Source: a bacterium (GTDB lineage: Bacteria; Babelota; Babeliae; Babelales; RVW-14). From it: a stretch of 59,569 nt of DNA. Shown piece by piece: positions 8,727 through 18,285 of the stretch. The notes beneath the pieces were generated by a model. That model had not been told where the DNA came from. It searched no databases and saw only the letters and a program-made list of their open reading frames with translations. Location of the stretch: positions 1 through 59,569 of the forward strand of contig JBDRBF010000083.1 in assembly GCA_043822925.1 (NCBI GenBank), written 5' to 3'. How positions within the stretch are numbered: the first letter of the stretch is position 1; each line of letters opens with the position of its first letter. A program made the position numbers and the translations under genes.

Positions 8727-10484
8727 ATGGAAAATAATCTAAAAAAACTATCGGTTTTGACGTTAAGTTTCTTTTTATTATTAGGTATTGGTTTTGATGC
8801 GCAGGCTATGTGTCCAGAGCTTGATGATGATATGAAAGAGCAAGATGGAAATACTGAGAGGGACAGAAGCGGAATTTTATTTGGAGGCTTAAAAGAATGT
8901 AAAAAACGAAAGCATGACAATCTTGGAGTAGATAACATAGATTACAGTGGAGAGTTTTTTAACAAAAGGCGTAAAACTCAAAAAGAGAATCAAGAAGATA
9001 ATCAAAAAAGAATAAATAAAAAGATAGAAAGTCTTATCGCCTCAGGGCAAGAAGATGAGAAGCTAAATTGTTTTTCTGACGCTATATTATTAAATGATAT
9101 TGAAATGGCGACGTCCATGGTTGCACGGCTTTTGTTTAGTGAAGAACAAGTAACCGCATTTTTTGTACGTGCGGTAACTTCTGGTCGTGATGAAATTGTA
9201 AAAAACATGCTCGAATCTGAACAATTTGCTGATCAAATAAAAATTGAGTCTAATATGGCGATTCTTTGGGCTTCCGGACATCATGGGTGCTTTAAAACTG
9301 TTAAAGCTATTTTTAATAATAAAAAAATATGGAATCAAATTAGTCCTGAAGATAAAAGCGATGCTCTTTTGCGAGCAGTTGCTGGCTTTGAGCGTTCGAC
9401 ATATCCTGGACGATTGGAAATTGTTGAATTTATTACCCAAGAAGAAGACTTTTGGTCTGTAATTAAAAAAGACTATGCGCAAGCTGCATTTCTTGATGCT
9501 TGGAATAATAGTTCTCAGCGACCTGCTTTTATGGGCGGAGGCCCGATAAATGTTTGTGCCGATAAGATTTTTAACTGTTTGGTTAAGCGTATGGAAGCTG
9601 AAGGCTTTGGTTTTGTTGATAAGCTGTTTGAGGTAAAACAAGTATTTAATTTTGATGAATCATTGGTTCAAAAGCAGCGTCCTATAAAAGATTTGTCTGG
9701 TGAACGTGTTTTTAAGAAACCTCGAAAAAAGGTAATTGAAGTAAAAACGAGTAAAGAGAAACGATCGATTCGGCTTACATCATTGGTTCAAAAAGAGCCT
9801 CTCGATTGTGGGTATTATGCTCTATACAATGCAATAAAGCTTAAAGCAAAAGTAGATAATAGAACGATAAATACGCTTAAAGAAAAAGATTTGATTGGAC
9901 GGCAAGAAGATTATGATACCTGGGTAGTCGAGCAGAAAACTTTTTTGGCCAAATATTTTGAAGAAGAAGTTCGGGAAATAATTGGTGATTATAATACGTC
10001 TCAATCTAAAGAAGAACAAGATAGAGCAATAAATAAATTAGGTACGCGTTTGATATACGTCGACAATGAGACAAAAGCTATTGATGAAGAGCAAGTAAAG
10101 GCGTATGTACAAAGATCGGTAGAGTATCTATCTGGTGGGGCGCTTGAGAAATTGATAGCAAGAAGTGTCATTTCTTTGGCGTATGTCTTGCAGTCACATA
10201 GTGAGAATATAGATTTAATAGATGCTTTGCTTGGTAATTCTATGCAAAATTTGGTTGATTATGGATACGGTGATTTTTTTGATAAAATAAAAGCATTTAG
10301 AGAAAATGGGATCCCGTTTTTCTTAATAGTTAATTTTCGTAGCCATTATTTGACCGTTGTATTTGCTCAGCATGACATGTTTATTTGTGATTCTTTGAAT
10401 CATGTTTTGACTGATAATCAGAAGTATAGAAACCTTGTTCAGGCTTTATATAAGCTTGTTCTTATCAATGAATTACCAGAATAA
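8727..10484 (+). CDS. Putative secreted effector: signal peptide, basic NLS-like patches, ankyrin-like repeats, C-terminal papain-fold (Josephin-like) Cys protease domain
   Basis: Signal peptide ending AQA; KKRKH, KRRK, KKPRKK; RAVTSGRDEIVKNML and WASGHHGCFKTVKAI ankyrin-like; Q355/C361 (QKEPLDCGYYALYN), H540 (VNFRSHYLTV), D555 (ICDSL); RBS GAGGGG. Confidence 0.65.
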   Translation: MENNLKKLSVLTLSFFLLLGIGFDAQAMCPELDDDMKEQDGNTERDRSGILFGGLKECKKRKHDNLGVDNIDYSGEFFNKRRKTQKENQEDNQKRINKKIESLIASGQEDEKLNCFSDAILLNDIEMATSMVARLLFSEEQVTAFFVRAVTSGRDEIVKNMLESEQFADQIKIESNMAILWASGHHGCFKTVKAIFNNKKIWNQISPEDKSDALLRAVAGFERSTYPGRLEIVEFITQEEDFWSVIKKDYAQAAFLDAWNNSSQRPAFMGGGPINVCADKIFNCLVKRMEAEGFGFVDKLFEVKQVFNFDESLVQKQRPIKDLSGERVFKKPRKKVIEVKTSKEKRSIRLTSLVQKEPLDCGYYALYNAIKLKAKVDNRTINTLKEKDLIGRQEDYDTWVVEQKTFLAKYFEEEVREIIGDYNTSQSKEEQDRAINKLGTRLIYVDNETKAIDEEQVKAYVQRSVEYLSGGALEKLIARSVISLAYVLQSHSENIDLIDALLGNSMQNLVDYGYGDFFDKIKAFRENGIPFFLIVNFRSHYLTVVFAQHDMFICDSLNHVLTDNQKYRNLVQALYKLVLINELPE

Positions 10485-10524
10485 AATAAGTAAAAAATGG
10501 GTTTGTTGTAGGAACAGTAAAAGA

Positions 10525-10583
10525 TAAGAAAAGCGAGTGGCATGATCCCGATTAACCCAGGATCATGCCACTCGCTTTTCTTA
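10525..10583. terminator. Bidirectional terminator-like hairpin between the convergent effector gene and hpf
   Basis: Perfect 24-bp stem taagaaaagcgagtggcatgatcc / ggatcatgccactcgcttttctta with an 11-nt loop. Confidence 0.8.
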
Positions 10584-10588
10584 CTTAA

Positions 10589-10951
10589 TTATAGTTTATA
10601 TTTGTCTGATCCAAATTTGGTCTTATCAGTTTCGTTTTTGTGTGATTTGTCTGTACGTTTTTCTTTTTCTTTTTTAAGTATTGTAACCATTTTATCGATA
10701 ACGTTATCGATAACGATGTACATGTCTGTGCCTTCATCATGAGTGTCGAGGTTAAAACGTGGTGTTTTGAGGAGCAGCTCTGCTGCATGGTGTGGGTGCA
10801 ATTTGTTGGCTTTTAGGTGTAGCTCGACGTTAAGTGGTGTTACGGTGTCAGCATTTTTTATGAAATCTTTGAGTTTATCGAGTTTTTGGCTTGCGTGTTG
10901 TTCGAGTGGTTCTGAATGAGGCATGTTTTTGAAAGAAATTTTCTTGTTCAT
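10589..10951 (-). CDS. hpf: Ribosome hibernation promoting factor (RaiA/HPF)
   Basis: ISFKNMPHSEPLEQHASQKLDKL...DMYIVIDNVIDKM, typical of the S30AE family. Confidence 0.88.
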   Translation of the reverse strand: MNKKISFKNMPHSEPLEQHASQKLDKLKDFIKNADTVTPLNVELHLKANKLHPHHAAELLLKTPRFNLDTHDEGTDMYIVIDNVIDKMVTILKKEKEKRTDKSHKNETDKTKFGSDKYKL

Positions 10952-11055
10952 GGCGATTCTTCCTCTCTTTGACCTATTCTTTGACCTATTTACTACTACT
11001 CTTTGGACTATTTTTATTTTAAATCGATTACTTTAGATCGATTATTAAAAAACAG

Positions 11056-11838
11056 CTACTTTAAAAAACGATCTGACATTTCCTGAAAAAATTGACTTCC
11101 TAGGTAGCGTTCTTTTGTAGCCTTGTCTTTGAGTATATCTTGAATGCTTCCGGAAGTAACCACTTTTCCATTAATAATGACATAAACGTTGTCTGCAATA
11201 GATAATAGCTGGTCAACATGGTGGTCAGAGATAATAATTCCAATGCCATCAGTCAGGGCCATGTCGCTAAAAATTTTTTTGAGTTCATAAATAGACTTTG
11301 GATCAACACCGGCAAACGGTTCGTCAAACATGATCATTTTCGGTTGCATGAGCAGCGATCTAATTACCTCAAGCTTGCGTTTTTGCCCACCAGATAGTGT
11401 TCCTGCTTTTTGAGTTGTGGGTACAGTTAAGTGTACTTTTTCTAGCCACTCAGTACATTGTTTTTCAAATTCTGAAAGTGGTTTGTTTTCCCAGGTTGGG
11501 TGATATTCATATACGAGTTTTAAGTTGTCTTGTACGGACATTTGTTGAAAAATAGATGGGTGTTGTGGTAAATAGATTAACCCAGCGCATGTTTTCTTAT
11601 GTACTGGCCAGTTATTAATAAGCTGCTTGTCGAGCGTGATACTGTTTATATTTAAGGATTCTTGGGCAATAGGGGGTTTGTAAAGGCCCATTATTGTTTT
11701 GAGCAACGTTGTTTTACCGGCGCCATTTGGTCCCAAAATAACCGTAACTTTGCCTAGTGGAGCTGAAAAAGAAATATTGTGGAGAAGTGCTTTCTTCCCC
11801 ACAGACATGCTTAAATTATGTACGCTTAAAAATGTCAT
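11056..11838 (-). CDS. lptB: LptB-like ABC transporter ATPase
   Basis: GPNGAGKTT, YLPQHPSIF, LSGGQKRKLE, DEPFAGVDP, ISDH; adjacent to hpf as in lptB-(rpoN)-hpf loci. Confidence 0.8.
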   Translation of the reverse strand: MTFLSVHNLSMSVGKKALLHNISFSAPLGKVTVILGPNGAGKTTLLKTIMGLYKPPIAQESLNINSITLDKQLINNWPVHKKTCAGLIYLPQHPSIFQQMSVQDNLKLVYEYHPTWENKPLSEFEKQCTEWLEKVHLTVPTTQKAGTLSGGQKRKLEVIRSLLMQPKMIMFDEPFAGVDPKSIYELKKIFSDMALTDGIGIIISDHHVDQLLSIADNVYVIINGKVVTSGSIQDILKDKATKERYLGSQFFQEMSDRFLK

Positions 11839-11859
11839 GTGATTTTTTATAATAGAGGG

Positions 11860-13209
11860 TTATTTTTGTTTGACAGCTGCTTTTTTGTGTTTCAGTACTA
11901 TTATATCTACAGGACAACCTAAAAGATCATAATTTCTACGTAATACGTTTTCGACAAAGCCAATTTGTGTTGCTCCAAAGAATTCAGGATAATTTACTTT
12001 TAGGGTAAATGTAGGAATTTTTCCTGGTACGTTTTGTACTTTGTGTATTTTGAGTAGTAACGTTTTATGATACAGGGGTTTTTTTTCTAGCTGTTGTTTG
12101 ATTAATTCATCTATGGCTGCTGAATCAAATATTTGTTCGCATCTTTGTATAACTTTTTGTACTATTGTTAGCACTTTGCAGATATGTTTTTTTGTAAGGC
12201 ATGAAATTGAAAGTTGCATTGTTTTTTTTAATACAAAATCATATTCTTCAAGGCATTGGTCAAGTAAGATTTTTGTGTATTCGTTAATCAAATCAACTTT
12301 GTTATATAAAATTACTGTTGGTTTTTTGTTTTCTAGTGAATAGAACAAGAGTTTTAATTCTTGATCTGAAATTTTTCCAGCTGAGGCATCGACCATCATG
12401 AGTACCGCGTCGGCTTCTCTGATCGAGGCTAAAGAACTTCTTACCATGAGAGATTCTAGGTCGTCATCGACTCGGCACTGTCTGCGTATGCCGGCCGTGT
12501 CTGTTATTTGCATAAATTCTGAGCAGAAATAGATGTTTTCTGTGATTGCTTCGCGTGTTGTGCCTGGAACGGGCGAGACTATTGAGCGTTCTTGATTTGT
12601 TAATAGATTCATAAGTGATGATTTGCCAACGTTTGGTTTGCCCAATATGACGATTTTGTGCGCTGGCTTGATGACCGCTTCTGTTGTTGGGGCAGGAAGT
12701 TTGTGAATAACAAAATCGAGTAAGTCTCCCATACCGGTTCCGTGAACAGCAGATACGGGCAACATGTCTTTAAAACCAAGCGAGTAAAAATCGCGCATGT
12801 TATCGTTTATGATCATATCGTTATCTGATTTATTGAGTAATAAAACAGTTTGTACGTTTGTTTTGTGTAACATTTTCGCGATACGTACATCGTCTTTTGT
12901 CGGCCCGTTTGTTATGTCGCATACAAAAGCAAGCAGGTCGGCGGTTTCTAGAAGGGGCATTATTTTTTCTTGAATTTTCTTTTCGATTTCTGTGACTTCG
13001 TGTTCTCTTATGCAAAGGCCGCCGGTATCAATAAGTGAAAATGTAACATCATTCCATGTTATGAGTTCTTGTAAATAATCACGGGTGACGCCTTCTTTGT
13101 CAAAAACAATGCTTTTTTTCTTGCTAATCAGACGATTAAAAATTGTTGATTTGCCAACGTTTGTTCTACCGACAATAAGAACTCGTGGATATTTTATTTT
13201 CTTTTCCAT
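11860..13209 (-). CDS. der: Ribosome biogenesis GTPase Der (EngA)
   Basis: Two G domains: GRTNVGKS/DTGG/NKSD and GKPNVGKS/DTAG/NKVD. Confidence 0.97.
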   Translation of the reverse strand: MEKKIKYPRVLIVGRTNVGKSTIFNRLISKKKSIVFDKEGVTRDYLQELITWNDVTFSLIDTGGLCIREHEVTEIEKKIQEKIMPLLETADLLAFVCDITNGPTKDDVRIAKMLHKTNVQTVLLLNKSDNDMIINDNMRDFYSLGFKDMLPVSAVHGTGMGDLLDFVIHKLPAPTTEAVIKPAHKIVILGKPNVGKSSLMNLLTNQERSIVSPVPGTTREAITENIYFCSEFMQITDTAGIRRQCRVDDDLESLMVRSSLASIREADAVLMMVDASAGKISDQELKLLFYSLENKKPTVILYNKVDLINEYTKILLDQCLEEYDFVLKKTMQLSISCLTKKHICKVLTIVQKVIQRCEQIFDSAAIDELIKQQLEKKPLYHKTLLLKIHKVQNVPGKIPTFTLKVNYPEFFGATQIGFVENVLRRNYDLLGCPVDIIVLKHKKAAVKQK

Positions 13210-13318
13210 TTTACCTATTTACCTAATTTACCTAATTTTATGTATGTAGTTTTTCTATAAAAATATGTTACGCGATTTTTTTTGCAAAACGAAGTGTAAT
13301 GTTTTTGTGAATAATTTT

Positions 13319-15250
13319 TTAATTGTAAACTTTTATCTTTTTGATTATACCCGGAAAATGGGCAATTATCAAGTTCGCAAGCGGCCATTTTTCTTTATCG
13401 GTAATGTTTATATTTGTATCTTGGTTGTCTTTGTGCCCGGTTTGTGTTTTTTGTGCGTGTTGGGAGCTGCTTTTAGGTGTTAGGCCCGTGCTGTTTTGTA
13501 CTGTGTTTGGTCCTAAGATAGGCGCTTTGGCAGGCTCTTTTTTTTGTATGTGTTGGCCTGGTGGGGGTGTGGCATAGTTAAAACGTGAAAATTTTGTGAA
13601 AATTTGAGTTATAAATGGCTCCCAGACTTTTTTACTATCTTCGATTTTATCGTGTAAAAATTTACTATTGTTGCTTAATTGGAGCGTAATTTGTGCATTG
13701 TCTTGGTTATATTCTATAAATGCAGCCTGGCTGAAGATTGAGGTGAGCATGTTGTCATTGCCCTCTGTGCTTATTTTTTGTGTAAATTCGAGCCATTTTT
13801 CATTGTGAAGGGGGATTTGACGGGCGGGCTGGTCTGGTTGTGATGGCTGAGTAGTGAGGTCCGGTGTCTCAGCGCTGATCTGTGTGTTTGCGTGTGCTGG
13901 CATTATTTGTGCTGTTTGTTTTGGGCCTATTTGCTTTGTTGGGCTCGTTTGACCTATTTGGCTTATGTTTGGCTGAGGCTTAGCTGGTAATACAGGTTGC
14001 GCTTGTGTTATGGGTGTATGCGTAGGTTTATTTATTTGTTGCCTGGGGCCACTGGTAGGGGTATTTGTGCTTTTGTTTAAATCTTGTACTTGTATGTTTT
14101 GGCATAGTTGTAATAGTACGAGCTCGACAAACGTATGTTTATTACTTGTTTGTAAGAATAGTGGTTCCTGGGTCCATAACAGTTGCATGACGTTGTATAA
14201 CTTATTTATTGAGCATTTTTCAGCCAAAATCTGTAGTTCTGTAATATTTTTATTAAAGTTATTGGGCAGTGTTTGTACGCCATATTTTACCCACAAAAGA
14301 GCCCGGCATAGTTCAGCGAGCATGCTCCAGAGCGCTTGGGGCGCTATTTCAGTAAACGATATTGTTTGCAGGTATGTTAATAATGCGTGCGGGTTTTGTT
14401 CGATAATATGTTCAAATATTTGTATCGGTATCGTATTACTTACTTTGCCTAGAACGTTCAGTACTGCGTCAGCTGTAACCGTGCTGTGTGACATGCGCAC
14501 TTGTTCAAGTAAATTAAGGGCGTCACGTGCTGAGCCATCAGTTTCTTCGATGAGTGCATCAAGGGCATCGTCTTCGATATTTATTAGTTCGTTTGAGCAA
14601 AGCTCTTTAAGATATGGTTTTAATTGGGCGGTTTTAAGTGGTCCAAACGTGAGCTGGAAACAGCGAGAAAGTACTGTTTCGGGAAATTTATTTAATTCTG
14701 TTGTTGCGAGTAAGAAAAGGGCGCTTGCTGGTGGATCTTCTAATATTTTTAAAAACGCATTAAATGCAGATTTGCTGAGCATGTGCGCTTCGTCGATCAA
14801 ATATATCTTTTTTTGGCCAGATAGAGGCATGTATGATGAAGTTTCGATAATTTGCCGAACGTTATCTACGCCGGTATGAGATGCTGCGTCTATCTCAATA
14901 AAATCTGGGTGATTTAAATCACCCATAGCGATACAAGATGGGCAGGTTAGGCATGGGATTTGCTGGGCTGTCGGGTTTAGGCGAAATTTTTCAAGATTAT
15001 GGCAGTTCGTTGCTGCTGCAAATACGCGTGCTGTCGTTGTTTTTCCGCAACCACGTTGGCCGGCAAATAGATAAACTGGAAAAAACTTTTTTAAATATAA
15101 GCTGTTTTTGAGCATTCTAATGGGAATGCTTTGCCCGACAATGTGGTCAAACGTTTGTGGACGCCATTTGCGCGCCAAGTTAAGGTTTTTTTTTGAGTCA
15201 GAAGCCTGTTTTTGGTCTTGCGACTGCTCTATTATTTTCTCTTCTTGCAT
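13319..15250 (-). CDS. dnaX: DNA polymerase III subunit gamma/tau
   Basis: LARKWRPQTF, GQRGCGKTT, EIDAAS, IDEAHMLS, SRC; long Q/P/T linker. Confidence 0.97.
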   Translation of the reverse strand: MQEEKIIEQSQDQKQASDSKKNLNLARKWRPQTFDHIVGQSIPIRMLKNSLYLKKFFPVYLFAGQRGCGKTTTARVFAAATNCHNLEKFRLNPTAQQIPCLTCPSCIAMGDLNHPDFIEIDAASHTGVDNVRQIIETSSYMPLSGQKKIYLIDEAHMLSKSAFNAFLKILEDPPASALFLLATTELNKFPETVLSRCFQLTFGPLKTAQLKPYLKELCSNELINIEDDALDALIEETDGSARDALNLLEQVRMSHSTVTADAVLNVLGKVSNTIPIQIFEHIIEQNPHALLTYLQTISFTEIAPQALWSMLAELCRALLWVKYGVQTLPNNFNKNITELQILAEKCSINKLYNVMQLLWTQEPLFLQTSNKHTFVELVLLQLCQNIQVQDLNKSTNTPTSGPRQQINKPTHTPITQAQPVLPAKPQPNISQIGQTSPTKQIGPKQTAQIMPAHANTQISAETPDLTTQPSQPDQPARQIPLHNEKWLEFTQKISTEGNDNMLTSIFSQAAFIEYNQDNAQITLQLSNNSKFLHDKIEDSKKVWEPFITQIFTKFSRFNYATPPPGQHIQKKEPAKAPILGPNTVQNSTGLTPKSSSQHAQKTQTGHKDNQDTNINITDKEKWPLANLIIAHFPGIIKKIKVYN

Positions 15251-15297
15251 GTTTTGCCTCGCTTTAATCTTATCATCATGCTAACTGTCCTTTTGCG

Positions 15298-15327
15298 CTT
15301 GCCGACTGAAGCTTTAGATGCGTAGGT
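15298..15327. repeat. Degenerate REP-like palindrome
   Basis: cttgccgactgaagctttagatgcgtaggt resembles the cctg/cttg..gtagcc..gcgtag family at 2285, 54704 and 57377. Confidence 0.4.
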
Positions 15328-15460
15328 TTTTTTATGAAATCAGTATAGCGTAGCGTGAGAAAGATGCACAGACAATAGTTTTTTTACTCGTGCGTTTATG
15401 GGGTAAAGTTTTTAAATCTATTGGTGCATGTGGTGCATGGTTTTATTTGGTCTTAAAAGA

Positions 15461-15545
15461 GAAAGGGCACGATACAGAGATGATCAACGCCTGCTGCTTC
15501 CTTCCGGATCTGACAGATTGTGCTGAACACCAACTTATCGCACCC
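15461..15545 (-). ncRNA. ffs: Signal recognition particle RNA (small bacterial 4.5S type)
   Basis: Minus strand contains TCAGATCCGGAAGGAAGCAGCA (helix 8, GGAA loop), closed by gggtgcgata/tatcgtgccc; conserved tRNA-Ser-ffs-dnaX context. Confidence 0.92.
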
Positions 15546-15564
15546 AATTTTTTAGTGCTTAATA

Positions 15565-15656
15565 TGGTGGAGAGAGAGGGATTCGAACCCTCGATGCTCC
15601 TTTCGAAGCATACATGATTTCCAATCATGCGCCTTCAGCCACTCGGCCATCTCTCC
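15565..15656 (-). tRNA. tRNA-Ser(GGA)
   Basis: GGAGAGA acceptor stem, anticodon arm catga-ttGGAaa-tcatg, long variable arm, GTTCGAATCC, encoded CCA. Confidence 0.97.
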
Positions 15657-15680
15657 CAAAGAATTTCAAAAATAGTTGTC

Positions 15681-16622
15681 TTATTTTTCAGTAACAACTG
15701 ATTTGCGAGGTTTTCTTATTTCAGTTTCCGTATCAGCATCATCGTCATCAGATTTTAGCGCTTCGATGACATCAATGGGCAATGCATCAAGAGGCAATGG
15801 TTCTTTAATTTCTACAGTTTCTTTTGGAGATTCTAGTGCTGTTTTTTCGGCATGCGCCTGTTCGATGAGTTCGTCTTTTTTAGGCGCCAATTTGATGGCT
15901 TTAGGCCCGCCTTTTTTATCTTCTGGGCTTGTTTCTTTGTAAATGGCGATACCTTCTTGGACGCATTCTGTAAGGTAGTCCAAAACGAATTTTATTGATT
16001 GAGGTGAATCGTCATTTGCAGGAATAACAAAGTTGATACCATCTGGGTCAGTATTTGTATCAAGCATACCAACAACAGGGATTCCAAGCGCAGAAGCTTC
16101 GCGTACAGCTGATTGTTCTTTTTTTGCATCGATAACGATAATTGCTTCTGGCGGATATCCAAGATTAACAATACCCCCGACGTTTTTTTCAAGACGTTCG
16201 ATTTCTTTTTGAATTACAACTAATTCTTTTTTTGTTGTTTGCGCGCTTGGCTTATTAAGAACATCTTGTAAGTAAAGTAAGCGTGTGATAGCTTTTTTTA
16301 CTTGATCATAGTTACTCAATGTTCCACCGATCCAACGATGAATTACGTATGGCATATTAAGTGAGATTGCTGCTTTTTTAACCATGTCTGTGGCAGGTTT
16401 TTTAGTTCCTATCCATAAGAAGCTTTTGCCTTGAGCTGCGCGGTCTTTTAGAAATTTACCGGTTTGTTCAAGTAAGAATGCAGTTTTTGATACGTCTATT
16501 AGGTGAACTTTATTTTTTGCACCCCAGATATAAGGACGCATTTTGGGCGACCAACGAGAGGTTTTGTGTCCGAAGTGAATACCTGCGTGCAACATTTCTT
16601 TAAGATCGAGTTTCTTTGGCAT
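15681..16622 (-). CDS. rpsB: 30S ribosomal protein S2 with charged C-terminal extension
   Basis: AGIHFGH, RWIGGTLSN, DTNTDP, IPANDDS. Confidence 0.98.
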   Translation of the reverse strand: MPKKLDLKEMLHAGIHFGHKTSRWSPKMRPYIWGAKNKVHLIDVSKTAFLLEQTGKFLKDRAAQGKSFLWIGTKKPATDMVKKAAISLNMPYVIHRWIGGTLSNYDQVKKAITRLLYLQDVLNKPSAQTTKKELVVIQKEIERLEKNVGGIVNLGYPPEAIIVIDAKKEQSAVREASALGIPVVGMLDTNTDPDGINFVIPANDDSPQSIKFVLDYLTECVQEGIAIYKETSPEDKKGGPKAIKLAPKKDELIEQAHAEKTALESPKETVEIKEPLPLDALPIDVIEALKSDDDDADTETEIRKPRKSVVTEK

Positions 16623-16639
16623 AACTGTATCGTCCTTTT

Positions 16640-16733
16640 GGGTTATAACTATTGTTTCTTGGGTTCTTTAGGGTTTATATTCCGTAAAGTTAACCACCCG
16701 GGTACAAGAAACAAGCTTTTAAAATAGCACCAC
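16640..16733 (-). promoter_or_regulatory. Structured rpsB 5' leader (putative S2 autoregulatory element)
   Basis: Long hairpin closed by ttgtttcttg (16652-16661) / caagaaacaa (16705-16714) directly upstream of the rpsB RBS. Confidence 0.55.
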
Positions 16734-16803
16734 TCTAATAGACCAACTAAGAGAGCAATATGAAAAAAGTATTCTAACAAATATGTGCATAATAGCAAGG
16801 AAC

Positions 16804-18186
16804 CTAGTCTTTAAAATTTCCAATTACTTCGTTTTTGTTAATAGTTGTAACATATTTCCTGCCCATAAAATAGGAGATGATGGCATAAATCGATGCTAAT
16901 CCAAAGATGAAATAACAATTTACTCGAATAAAAACTGAGGCGTTTTGTTGCGCTATGGCTAGCCAATTTATTGTTGAACCGGTTGTTTTGGAGAAGGGTT
17001 TGCCAAAAGATTCAATCCAGGCTCTTGATTTAAATTGAATGTCTCTAATGGTTGGGATATATAAAATGTCTCGTAGTGGCCAGTTGAAACTGTAGTTAAG
17101 CGCTCGTAAAATAACCATTACAACGGTTATGGTTATTAGTCCAGGCATTGTCATGAGGAGCCACGAGAGAATGATAACGGCAATGGGCATTATAATAAGG
17201 CAGCTTCGAATTCCGATCTTTTTAATTAATGTTGTTGTTCCAAAGAGGGCGAATAATAGGCCAACAGCTTGAAACATTGCTGTATAGGCGAGCATAAAGG
17301 TGCTCATGCTGCCAATTTTATTGTTCATTTCAAGAGATAGTAAAACGTTGAATTGGTAGTCGAACATTATAGAAATAGTTTCCATGCAAAAAACGAGACC
17401 AAATATGCCGAGCACATAAGGTTGTGCAAACATAAGTTTTAGCCCCTCAAGCATGCCTGTTTTTTTTCCGGCACGTTCTTGTTGTTTTTCAGCTTCGTAT
17501 GTCGCCTCGTATCCACGTAAATAGCTTTCGGGAACTCTTTTTATAATAATATATATACAAATTAAAGTTCCGCCTAAGCATAACGATGCTAATAAGGCAA
17601 GTATTGGAATAGAGACATGTTGTTCAAGGCCCATGTAATTAGTGATTACAAGAGCTCCGAGTGTTGAGCATATTCCTCCAACGCGAGAAAGAGCTACCAT
17701 GATGCCATAATGCGCGCTTGCGTATTCTGTTGTGCATACTGAATTTATAAAACCCCAAAAAGTACTAATCACAAGGGCTGAATAGAGGTCCATAAAGATT
17801 TCAAATGCCCATCCTAAAATGCGATAGGGGGATGTTTGTGTGTTTTGTATGCCATAAACAGGGTGTGCAAAAAAAGCGGTAAAAATAAGGCTGGTAACAA
17901 CAAATGCGCCCAGCACTAGATACACAAGTTGATATCTTTTGAACCAGTCGACGAGTTTTGCGTATAAAAGCATGCATGGGATAAGTGTGAAAAGTGTTAT
18001 AAAACGTGAGGCTGGTTGCCATTCTTTGCCAACAAATCCCATGAAAATTGGGGTTTTTAAAGATCGAAGAATTGAGTAAGAAGCTATGATGAAAAAGTAT
18101 CCAAAAGAAAGGGCTGTAAGTTTTATAAGCTCTTTTGAATCTAATTGTAAATAATTTCCAATGCCCTTTTTTACACGCTTAAACAT
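16804..18186 (-). CDS. TLC/NTT family nucleotide (ATP/ADP) translocase
   Basis: Many TM helices; YSILRSLK, STFWGF, RALNYSFN.P.RDILYIPT..DIQFK..AWI..FG. Confidence 0.9.
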   Translation of the reverse strand: MFKRVKKGIGNYLQLDSKELIKLTALSFGYFFIIASYSILRSLKTPIFMGFVGKEWQPASRFITLFTLIPCMLLYAKLVDWFKRYQLVYLVLGAFVVTSLIFTAFFAHPVYGIQNTQTSPYRILGWAFEIFMDLYSALVISTFWGFINSVCTTEYASAHYGIMVALSRVGGICSTLGALVITNYMGLEQHVSIPILALLASLCLGGTLICIYIIIKRVPESYLRGYEATYEAEKQQERAGKKTGMLEGLKLMFAQPYVLGIFGLVFCMETISIMFDYQFNVLLSLEMNNKIGSMSTFMLAYTAMFQAVGLLFALFGTTTLIKKIGIRSCLIIMPIAVIILSWLLMTMPGLITITVVMVILRALNYSFNWPLRDILYIPTIRDIQFKSRAWIESFGKPFSKTTGSTINWLAIAQQNASVFIRVNCYFIFGLASIYAIISYFMGRKYVTTINKNEVIGNFKD

Positions 18187-18285
18187 TACTAAGTGTCCTT
18201 TTTTGTATTTAAAAAAATGTTTTTAATAAAGGCATAATATAATGTGTTTTTTCTGTTTTGTTTATGTTTTTTTAAATTTAGTTTT

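Noticed and set aside
14010-14879. 289-aa plus-strand ORF
   Set aside because: Antisense shadow of dnaX with no recognisable motifs; the same applies to most short ORF-track entries opposite core genes.
15443-15628. 61-aa and 75-aa ORFs near dnaX
   Set aside because: They overlap tRNA-Ser and the SRP RNA.
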